NCBI RefSeq assembly: GCF_006345805.1
Contig: NW_021828735.1
Coordinates: 1-7,773, forward strand
Direction of reading: 5' to 3'
DNA length: 7,773 bases
DNA from: Octopus sinensis
Taxonomy: Eukaryota
Shown piece after piece: positions 1 through 7,619 of this stretch (the stretch's first letter is position 1; each line of letters opens with the position of its first letter). The translations under genes were made by a program, and so were the position numbers. The notes beneath the pieces were generated by a model. That model searched no databases. It was not told where the DNA came from and worked only from the letters and a program-made list of their open reading frames with translations.

Positions 1-362
1 AATAAATATCTTTAACTTAATGACACCGCCTGATATAATCTGGGAAACCATTTCTATGTTATTTCTATTTTAAAAATGGACTTTCTTTATCTGGATATGC
101 ACGGTTAGTCTGGTATCCTTAAAATAAATTATTCCGGATATCATTTGAATATTACGAAAACTTACGATACTTACGTTGTCTTGTGTTATTTTTATTACAG
201 AGGTAAAGATATTTTTTTAAGCATATAGTAGTATATATACATATATATATTCGTATTGATTTGGACATATAGTTATATATAGTGAATTCAAATAAACAAT
301 AAATCTAATAATAACAGACAAGCGGACGTTCAGAAGGAATGTATCAGTTTGCCGCTTGGTAA

Positions 363-365
363 ATA

Positions 366-406
<41 letters not shown>
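363..406. repeat. (TA)n microsatellite, 5' flank of the LINE fragment
   Basis: Near-perfect TA dinucleotide run with one interrupting C. Confidence 0.95.
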
Positions 407-685
407 TGTTTCAAGGTTCATCCAAGATTGGGACCACGGGCCATACGTCCCCTGCCCAATTCAAGATCACAACATACATGTACACTGCAACATAATTTAT
501 TTTCCTCAACAGGCCCTGCCCTATTTAACATTGACCCGAGGGAGATCAAAGGGGAAAAGGATCCTATCAACTTTAAACGGAGTCTGGATAGATTCCTTCA
601 AAGAATACCAGATAAGCCACCCATAATTGGATACAACTAACCCAACAAGAACTCACTACTTGAATGGACCATAAACAAAACTTGA
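407..685 (+). pseudogene. Remnant of LINE ORF2 C-terminal coding sequence with a probable premature stop at 638-640
   Basis: The frame of track ORF 356..640 continues past TAA(638-640) as PNKNSLLEWTINKT to TGA(683-685), and the family-typical NSL motif lies after the first stop. The N-terminal part of the track ORF is only the TA repeat. Confidence 0.7.
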
Positions 686-784
686 CATAAACAGGATTCG
701 AATAATCCTGTCAGGTGGTGCTATTAAGTTAGACATAGCCTGGACCAATCTTTGGTCGAAACATATCTAAGTTTATCTAAGTTT
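407..784 (+). mobile_element. 5'-truncated non-LTR retrotransposon (CR1-like LINE): ORF2 C-terminus, 3' UTR and tandem-repeat tail
   Basis: Translation ...HNLFSSTGPALFNIDPREIKGEKDPINFKRSLDRFLQRIPDKPPIIGYN*PNKNSLLEW resembles the C-terminal pattern of invertebrate CR1-type ORF2 (F..RGP.LFN.LP..(I/L)R....FK..LD.FL..(I/V)PD.P...GY....NSL). It is followed by a short 3' UTR with hairpin GACCAA-TCT-TTGGTC (743-757) and a tail (ATCTAAGTTT)x2 at 765-784. Both flanks are (TA)n. Confidence 0.8.
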
Positions 785-831
785 ATATATATATATAAAT
801 ATATATATATATAAACACACACACATACGTG

Positions 832-876
<45 letters not shown>
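785..876. repeat. (TA)n/(CA)n compound microsatellite
   Basis: TA runs with a short CA run at about 815-825. Confidence 0.95.
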
Positions 877-877
<1 letters not shown>

Positions 878-1015
878 CAGGGTGGCCAAAAGTAGGTATA
901 CAGTTATCACGTAGGCAGCTTTATATAATTAAGATCTTTTATAATTAAGAACTGTTAATATATGAATGCGGAAGAGATAGTTGAATGACTGCAAACCTAC
1001 ATTTGAGCCACCCTG
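878..1015. mobile_element. 138-bp MITE with ~30-bp imperfect terminal inverted repeats, Tc1/mariner-like
   Basis: Left end 878-907 is CAGGGTGGC-CAAAAGTAGGTATACAGTTAT. The reverse complement of right end 985-1015 is CAGGGTGGCTCAAATGTAGGTTTGCAGTCAT. Termini are CAG...CTG, the right flank is TA (1016-1017) and the left flank is a TA run ending TAA. The interior is AT-rich and non-coding. Confidence 0.85.
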
Positions 1016-1018
1016 TAT

Positions 1019-1043
1019 ACACACACACACACACACACACACA
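1019..1043. repeat. (AC)n microsatellite
   Basis: Perfect AC dinucleotide run. Confidence 0.95.
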
Positions 1044-1076
1044 AATTCGCCCATACATATATATAGGGAGTAAGTT

Positions 1077-1381
1077 GAGGCGTGTGGTTAGAGAGATGGG
1101 ATATTTTCTATTCTAGGCACAAGGCCTGAAATTTTGTTGGAAGGCGTGGGGCAGTCGATTAGATCGATCGCAGTACGCAACTGGTACTTTAATTATCGAT
1201 TCCGAAAGGATGAAAGGGAAAGTCGACCTCGGCAGAATTTGAAAATATAAACGAAATACTGCTAGGTATTTCGCCCGGCGTGCTTACATTTCTGCCATGA
1301 TCGCAAGATTGTGGTTCTTATTCCTGGGTTGGTCGATGCCATGTGTTCTCGAGCAAAGCATACCATTTCACGTTGCTCCAG
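1077..1381 (+). mobile_element. Degraded tRNA-derived SINE in two pieces (~1077-1100 and ~1297-1381), interrupted by another SINE
   Basis: The 5' piece GAGGCGTGTGGTTAGAG resembles an A-box region. The 3' piece ATGATCGCAAGATTGTGGTTCTTATTCC has a B-box-like GGTTCTTATTCC (1313-1324), followed by TGTGTTCTCGAGCAAAGCA...ATTTCACGTTGCTCCAG, similar to the TGTGTCCTTGAGCAAGACAC-type central motif of many metazoan SINEs (from memory). Confidence 0.6.
1101..1297 (-). mobile_element. tRNA-derived SINE, near full length, resembling an abundant Octopus family
   Basis: The minus strand starts with A-box-like TGGCAGAAATGTAAGCACGCCGGGCGAAAT and has a damaged B-box (TTTTCAAATTCTG, ~1233-1245). The central domain is GCCGAGGTCGACTTTCCCTTTCATCCTTTCGGAATCGATAATTAAAGTACCAGTTGCGTACTG, similar to the CCTTTCATCCTT..GGTCGATAAA..AGTACC domain of metazoan SINEs. 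The 3' end is GGCCTTGTGCCTAGAATAGAAAATAT. Confidence 0.85.
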
Positions 1382-1446
1382 CGTTGCCCCGTTCAATGAG
1401 GATTATACTATCCCCACAGATCTCGGGATTTGTATACCCCTAAAAG

Positions 1447-2045
1447 CCACCACCACCACCACCACCATCAACAACAACAACATAGCACAACACCGCGTAA
1501 ACACATCGCTTTTACTCTCATTACCATCAGAAGGAGAATTACAACGTTGCTAATTTCCTCTAAAAACAGCCATTGCTAAAATATCTACCACAAAGACTTT
1601 TGAGATCGTTAATGCCAACAGCACCAGCAGAATCACTCGCACACCTCCAGCACCATCAGCATCACCAACACCAACACCACCACCACCACTATTACCACTA
1701 CTACTACTACTACTACTACTAACTACTACTACTACTACTACTTCTACTAATACGACGACGACGACGTCTGCTGCTGCTGCAACAGATACTACTACTACTA
1801 CTACTATGACCACCAGCACTATCACGACCACTGTTACTACTACTACTGCTGCTGCTACCGCCACCACGACCTACTACTATTAGGACCACCACCACAACTA
1901 CCACTACACCACTACTACTACTACTACCACCATCATCACAACCACTATCACCACAACCATCACCACTACAACTATTACTACTACTAATACTATCAATACT
2001 ATCGCAGTAAACAAAACTCTCTTCCTGACTACGACCGACACCCAC
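1447..2045. repeat. Compound degenerate trinucleotide region, (ACC)n/(AAC)n/(ACT)n/(ACG)n/(GCT)n
   Basis: Successive runs of related triplets, densest at 1640-2000. Source of the poly-Val/Ser ORFs on the minus strand. Confidence 0.9.
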
Positions 2046-2099
2046 ATACTAGCCTTCTCCTCCTCCCCATCCCCAGCATTCACGTGAATGTGGTTACGT

Positions 2100-2300
2100 A
2101 AATCGCTAGAAATAGCGCCGAAATCTTCCTCAAATTATATCATTTCTTATTGACTGAAATATCTTGTAAGAGTACATAGGATAATGCAGTCCTAGATGCA
2201 TTGTGGCATTATGACTGAAAGATGGTGGGTGTATCAATAAGCTATCGTCGGTCATAGGCCAGCTTGATTCAAACTGGCTTAGGGTTAAACAACTACAACA
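2100..2300 (+). mobile_element. Degraded retroposon (SINE/LINE) 3' fragment ending in a short (AAC)n tail
   Basis: GCTAGAAATAGCGCCGAAATCTTCCTCAAAT...GGATAATGCAGTCCTAGAT...TCATAGG...AGGGTTAAACAACTACAACA resembles an interspersed repeat I recall from Octopus. The AAC-type tail at ~2287-2300 gives the orientation. Confidence 0.55.
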
Positions 2301-2391
2301 TTAGCCAAACCACTTCCCTACTTCCACCTGAACATCCGTCACTCTCTCATTTCTGTTACTTGGTGTTCACTTAGAATCTCCTTCTATTAAT

Positions 2392-2489
2392 CTCTCTCTC
2401 CCTCTCACACACACGCACTCACACGCACATACACACATACACATGTACACACACTTACGCATTCAAGCACAGATGCAAGCGTACACACA
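2392..2489. repeat. (CT)n then degenerate (CA)n microsatellite
   Basis: TCTCTCTCTC followed by CACACACACGCACTCACACGCACATACACAC... Confidence 0.9.
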
Positions 2490-2665
2490 GCACGACGTAG
2501 CTTGACAATGGCGCTGTAATGTACGACAAAGACCGTCATCGTAATCTCACCAGTATTATCATCAGTAGCACCAACGCTATTGCTTAGCCATCGCCATCAC
2601 CAACGTCACCATCAACCCACCACCACCACCTCCAGTAAAGAAAACATCTTACAACCCTACCATAG

Positions 2666-3219
2666 GGAATCGGTAAAACATAGACGCTCAGAATCGGTAA
2701 TAAGTGTGGTACAAATGAATACGGAGGATACTAGAAGCGACTACGTGTGCGCTGGGTTTTGTAAAGCACTTCGTACTGAAAGTAAGATTGGAGATAAGTC
2801 AAGACAAAAGTGTAAGAAATAATCGATGTAGCATAGGTCATTTGACGGTCAAACACGAAGCAAGTCATACCGGGACACAAACCACTGCGGATCGATAAAT
2901 GCTCCAGCTAGGGTTCGTTGTAATCAAATATCATTAGGTCAAGGTGTGCCCTTCCCAAAAGAGATAATGCAAGTCCTATGGGTTTGTGGTCAACAGTAAA
3001 TTAGAAGGTCCCTTGAAAAACTTTCGAAGAGGAAGTAGGCAAAAGGACCTGCACTTATGATCGAATATCGATGGTTGAATATTAGTGATTAGTCGATCCG
3101 GTAAATAGGGGTCTCATATCAGTGAGGGGTGGTCAGTGCGCTGTAAAGGAATCGAGAGGAAGGCCTAGAAACGGTGCGCATTGTTTCCTGATGGACTCTT
3201 CTTAATTAGGGCCGATTCC
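2666..3219 (+). ncRNA. Candidate large structured non-coding RNA (~555 nt), family unassigned
   Basis: Terminal helix 2666-2674/3211-3219 (9 bp). Long-range helix 2694-2709/3049-3064 (15 of 16 positions paired, 3 G-U). Nested helices 2742-2750/2766-2775, 2874-2883/2981-2991, 3006-3011/3045-3050 and 3020-3025/3031-3036. 3' hairpins 3067-3097, 3112-3127 and 3168-3187. Helices were found by eye, with no folding statistics or homology. Confidence 0.5.
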
Positions 3220-3380
3220 ATCATCATCATCGTTGTCGTCGTCGTTGTCATCATTTTCAACCTAATTATCATTATCATCAAATTTAATCATCAGAACTAG
3301 CTTGTCAACGTAGCAGCTGCTGCGACTACTACTGCTACTATCAACTACCACGACTACTAGCATCGCTACTACTCTCGTTA
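3219..3380. repeat. Degenerate (CAT)n/(CGT)n/(ACT)n trinucleotide region
   Basis: CATCATCATCAT, GTCGTCGTC and ACTACTACT runs. Confidence 0.8.
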
Positions 3381-3454
3381 GTTTTGATACTGCCACAGTG
3401 ATGGTAATACCAAAAGATGTACTTAGGACGAAACTCGAAGTTTGAGAATTAATA

Positions 3455-3672
3455 AGAACGGATGGGGAGGAATGAGACATAAAGAAAGAGTGGGAGGAAG
3501 GGAGGAGGGAAAGAGTAAGAAAGAACGAAAGGTAGACAAATAAAAGGGAAAAGAGGCAAAAAAAAGTAAGACAAAAATGTTTGAAAGAAAGAGTAAAGAT
3601 TGATTGCGAAAGATGAGAGAGAGAAGGGGGACAGCGACAGAAAGAGAGAAAGAGAGAGAGAGAGAGACAGAG
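3455..3672. repeat. Purine-rich low-complexity tract ending in (GA)n
   Basis: Mostly A/G on the + strand, with (AG)n at ~3641-3667. Confidence 0.85.
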
Positions 3673-3787
3673 TAAACAGGGCTGATAGTACGTTGGGTGG
3701 TGATGTGTGAGGTATGTCTTAGGGGTTGCGGTAGGAGCTGTGTTTTTACCGACACTGACACTTGCACCGCTATCACCACCACTTGTT

Positions 3788-4600
3788 CTGGGTAGTAGTT
3801 GAGCTACACCGCCACCAGAATGGTTAGAGGTGGGTGGAGTGCAAGGTTGCCCCCACCACCATTTTCAAACTAGCTCCCGCCGCCAACGTTATCACAACCA
3901 TTACAAGAACCACTACAATCACCAATGCCCATTCACAAACCATCACAACTGCTACTACTACTACTACTACAACAACAACTACTACTACTGCTGCTGTTGC
4001 TGCTGCTGCTGCTGCTACTACTACTACCGCTACCACTGTCACCACTTCACCCCACGGTTGGCTGGGGTAGGAATTGAGTTACACGCCACCGCCACCGCCG
4101 CCGCCGCTACCATTGCAGTGGTGGATACGGAGCTACACTCTCTCAGGCGCCACCACCACCAGCATTACCATTACAACCGACGCTGCCACTGACAATACCA
4201 CTATCAACACTGCAACCAATACCACAACTACAATGAAAGCCACTGCCATCACTAACAACTCTACTACAATTACTGCTACTACCACCTTCACAACAACAAC
4301 AACAATTACTACTACTGCAATCGCAACCACAACTACCATCAAAATTACTACTACCACCCAAACAACACTAATAGCTACTATTACTACTACTACAACCGCA
4401 AACACGACTACCATCACAACTACTACTACCAACCCAACAACCACTACTACCACTAATACTACCACGACTTCACCCCACGATTAGCTTATGAAGGAGTTCA
4501 GTTACATCGCCGCGCCACCACATCTGAGGGGGATACGGAGCTACCCTATAGACCACCACCACCACCAACAACAACAACACCACCCTCACCAGCATTACCA
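3788..4600. repeat. Diverged tandem duplication (period ~410-430 bp) of non-SSR anchors separated by (ACT/ACC/AAC)n expansions
   Basis: ACTTCACCCCACG at 4044 and 4467, GGATACGGAGCTAC at 4123 and 4531, CACCAGCATTACCA at 4157 and 4587. A third partial copy CTGGGTAGTAGTTGAGCTACACCGCCACC (3788-3816) matches CTGGGGTAGGAATTGAGTTACACGCCACC (~4062-4090). Confidence 0.8.
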
Positions 4601-4910
4601 ACACAACCACCACCGCCTCCAACATCATCAACAAAACCTCCATCACACCGCTACCACCACCACAATCAGCATCATCATCGCCAAACCGCCACCATCACTA
4701 TCATCATCACCAGTATAAAACCCTACACCAACTGCGGCAAGGCCATTACCATCGCCATCATGACCACCACAATCGCCACCTCCCGTCGCCACCACCACCA
4801 CCACCACCACCGCCACCACCACCACCACCGCCACCACCACTATCATCATTGCTAAGACCATCCCCCCCCGCAAACACCCACCGCAACCGCCACCACCATC
4901 GCCATCACCG
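4600..4910. repeat. Degenerate (ACC)n/(ATC)n region
   Basis: ACC-dominated runs, near-perfect at 4788-4840. Confidence 0.9.
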
Positions 4911-5069
4911 GAGCAACGAAACAACTGATGTGTGCTTCCAAGCTCAAAATCATAACGGAAGTGACTCACTGTGGGTAGCGGAAGTACAATTAATTTGTCT
5001 AAAATGGGTCGAAATTGGAAACAATAGCGCTGAAATATGCAGTTTTCAATGTGCCTTGATGATGGCACA

Positions 5070-5305
5070 GTTGTTGTTGTTGCTGTTATTGTTGTTGTTG
5101 TTGCTGCTGCAGTTGGTGTTGTTGTTGCTCTTCTTAATGTCGTTGCTCTTATGACTGCAATTGTTGTTGTTTATTGTTGTAGTTGTTGGCTGTAAAGATG
5201 GCGGTAGTTGGTGGAGGTGGAGGTGATACGATATTCTCGGTGGTGTAGATGGCGACGGTGGTGGTGGTGGTGGTGGTGGTATTGGTGTTGGTGGTGGTGG
5301 TAGTG
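5070..5305. repeat. Degenerate (GTT)n then (GGT)n region
   Basis: TTG runs at 5070-5190 and GGT runs at 5257-5305. Confidence 0.9.
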
Positions 5306-5307
5306 GT

Positions 5308-5705
5308 ACTGCTGTTCTTCTTAACGAGGGTAGTGGGGGGTGATGGTCTTGGTAATGGTTGTGGTGGTGGTGGTGGTGGTGGTGGCACTGCTGTTCTTCT
5401 TAACGAGGGTAGTGGTGGTGGTGATGGTCTTGGTAATGGTTGTGTTGTTGGTGGTGGTGGTTGTGGTGGTGTGGTGTGGTGGTGGTGGTGGTGTTGGTGG
5501 TGGTGGTGTTAGTGGTGGTGGTGGTGGCACTGCTGTTCTTCTTAACGAGGGTAGTTGTGGTGGTGATGGTCTTGGTAATGGTTGTGGTGGTGGTGGTGGT
5601 TGTAGTGGTGGTGTTTGTGGTGGTGGTGGTGGTGCATTGGTGGTGGTACTACTGTCCTTCTTAACGAGGATAGTAGGGGTGGTGATGGTCTTAGTAATGG
5701 TTGTG
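5308..5705. repeat. Four-copy compound minisatellite: ~57-bp core plus variable (GGT)n spacer
   Basis: Core ACTGCTGTTCTTCTTAACGAGGGTAGT-N-TGATGGTCTTGGTAATGGTTGTG starts at 5308, 5387, 5529 and 5648 (spacings 79, 142, 119). Copy 4 is the most diverged (ACTACTGTCCTTCTTAACGAGGATAGT). Confidence 0.92.
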
Positions 5706-5737
<32 letters not shown>

Positions 5738-5940
5738 GGTGGTGGTGGTAGGCGTTATTATTGTTACTAGTGTTCGTGTTCGTGTTGTTAGTGTCGTCTT
5801 TTGGTGTTCGTTATGTTGTTGTTGATAATGTTGCTGTAGGTTCCCGCTATTGCTGTTGTTGTTATTGGTGCTGGAGATGGCGTTGGCGTGGTCGCTGATG
5901 AGGACATTGTTAATGTAGCTGGCTGTCGTTTTCAAGTCTG

Positions 5941-6435
5941 GTGATGATGATGACAATGATGATGATGATGACGACGACGATGAGGAGGAGGCGGGGATCA
6001 TGATGGCGATGATGAAGGTGACGAGGAGGAAGAAGTGGAGGAGGAGGAGGAGGAAGGAGAAGAAGAGATGGGAGGGAAACAGGAAGAAGCGGATTTTGAA
6101 GTGGAAGTAGAGGAAGAGGAGAAAGAGGAAGAAGAGAAAGAATGAGGAAAGAGAAAGATGAAGAAGGGGAGGTGGAAGAGGAGGTAGGGGAAGAGACGGT
6201 GAAAGAGATAGAGGAAGAAGAGGTGGTGAAAGAAGAGGACGTGGATGGGAGGAGGAGGAGGATCCGTCGGTGGTTGTGTTGGTGATGATTGTAATGAAAA
6301 CGATGAAAGAAGAAGAAGAAGAAGAAGAAGAAGAAGAAGAAAAGAAGAAGAAGAAGAAGAACGACGACAGCAACGACGATGATGGCAACGACGAAGTAGA
6401 CGACAATGATGAAAACGATGTCGACGTTGATGATA
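5941..6435. repeat. Compound (GAT)n/(GAG)n/(GAA)n/(GAC)n purine-rich low-complexity region
   Basis: GAT/GAC runs at 5941-5985, GAG/GAA-rich sequence at 6020-6260, near-perfect (GAA)n at ~6308-6361, then GAC/GAT. Confidence 0.9.
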
Positions 6436-6446
6436 AAATGTTTTGG

Positions 6447-6502
<56 letters not shown>

Positions 6503-6533
6503 TATTTTTATTTTTATTACTACTATTATTATT
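6447..6533. repeat. (ATT)n microsatellite, probable (AAT)n tail/target of the adjacent element
   Basis: Perfect ATT run at 6447-6497, then slightly degenerate. Confidence 0.95.
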
Positions 6534-7047
6534 GAGTGAGAGAGCAGTTCATGCCATCAAAGTGACACTGGGGTAAAATATACGAAGCCCAATACCATCA
6601 TGACTACCCGTCTGATAAAGGTACAACCAGGCACATGCATCACAACCATATGTGCGCGACATGGTGATCTCATATCAAGATAACAGCACCAGACCTTGCA
6701 GGTGGGGCCCAGTTAGAATTTTCTTCAGGTTGAGTAGCCCATCCCGCTCAACGGTCCCTGAATAAGGGTTGTTTAAGGATGTTGAAAGAACCACCATGTT
6801 TCCAGAGGTGAACTATTCAAACCCCCAAAGAATTCCTCTCAACACATGGCTATGATGCTCCCCCACTACTTCTGCTCGTGATCAGAGATGCACATATCGT
6901 CAGCCACTAAGGGACATGCTCAACTGGTTAAGGTCAAACAACTGACAAGCAATCTGTGGTATGAGCAGATATTTGCTGTAGCCCATCTTTTATACCAAGA
7001 CAAAACAATGTACATGAAACACTTCCAATCAGTTAAGATCAGAAGCC
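6534..7047 (-). mobile_element. 514-bp non-coding interspersed element embedded in (ATT)n; probable non-autonomous retroposon
   Basis: Sharp boundaries between complex sequence (GAGTGAGAGAGCAG...TTAAGATCAGAAGCC) and (ATT)n on both sides. No terminal inverted repeats and no credible ORF. It resembles a high-copy repeat I recall from Octopus. The minus-strand orientation is inferred from ...CTCTCTCACTC(AAT)n and is uncertain. Confidence 0.7.
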
Positions 7048-7138
7048 TATTATTATCATTTTTAATTATTATTATTATTTTTTTATTATTTCATATTATA
7101 TTATTATTCTTATCATTATTATTATTATTATTATTTTA

Positions 7139-7192
<54 letters not shown>

Positions 7193-7445
7193 TTTATTTA
7201 TTATTATTATATTTTTTTTTATTATTATTTATTATTATTATTATTTTTATTTTTAAATCATTATTATCATTTTTTATTTTATTATTATTATTCTCATTAT
7301 TATTATGATTATTATTATTATTATTATTATTTTTATTTTATTATTGTTATTATTATTATTATTTAATATTATTATCATTATTTTTTCATTATTATTATTA
7401 TTATTATCTATTAATATCATTAATTATTATTATTATTATATATTA

Positions 7446-7480
<35 letters not shown>

Positions 7481-7588
7481 TTATCGTGATTTTATCATTA
7501 TTATTATTATTATTATATTTTATTATTATTATTATATCATTATTTTATTATTATTATTATTATTTTTATTTTATTATTTTATTATTAC

Positions 7589-7617
<29 letters not shown>
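7048..7617. repeat. Long degenerate (ATT)n tract (~570 bp)
   Basis: ATT triplets with frequent TTT/ATC substitutions and very few G. Confidence 0.95.

Positions 7618-7619
<2 letters not shown>

Noticed and set aside
1-360. AT-rich unique sequence with short CTGGATAT/CCGGATAT and CTTACG recurrences
   Set aside because: Matches are too short and irregular to support an element, exon or promoter call.
739-762. Hammerhead-like CTG-stem-GAAAC at the LINE 3' end
   Set aside because: The CTGANGA core is incomplete and I see no stems I/III. It is better explained as the LINE 3' recognition hairpin.
2651-2662. CAACCCTAC as a telomerase RNA template
   Set aside because: It does not match the ~1.5-repeat CTAACCCTAA template for TTAGGG, it lies outside the terminal helix, and I identified no pseudoknot or H/ACA domain.
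2580-2822. 80-aa ORF entering the complex island
   Set aside because: It starts at TTG within (CAT/CAC) low-complexity sequence, crosses the island boundary, has no recognisable motif and is of a length expected by chance.
2737-3096. Group I intron P7-like GACTA/TAGTC and group II intron-like GTGCG start
   Set aside because: No P3/P4/P6 core or domain V consensus could be placed. The pairing would cross the stronger 2694/3064 helix, so it is at most a possible pseudoknot.
3168-3195. Hammerhead-like GAAAC...CTGATGG in the island
   Set aside because: It reads CTGATGG rather than CTGATGA, and there is no room for stem I between the hairpin and the core.
5308-5705. CRISPR-like repeat-spacer appearance
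   Set aside because: Spacers are (GGT)n of very unequal length rather than unique sequences, there are no cas genes, and the context is eukaryotic.
5321-6406. 361-aa minus-strand ORF and the other homopolymer-rich ORFs in the track
   Set aside because: They are runs of S/F/P/T/N/V/I from triplet repeats that lack stops in several frames on both strands. No domain is recognisable.
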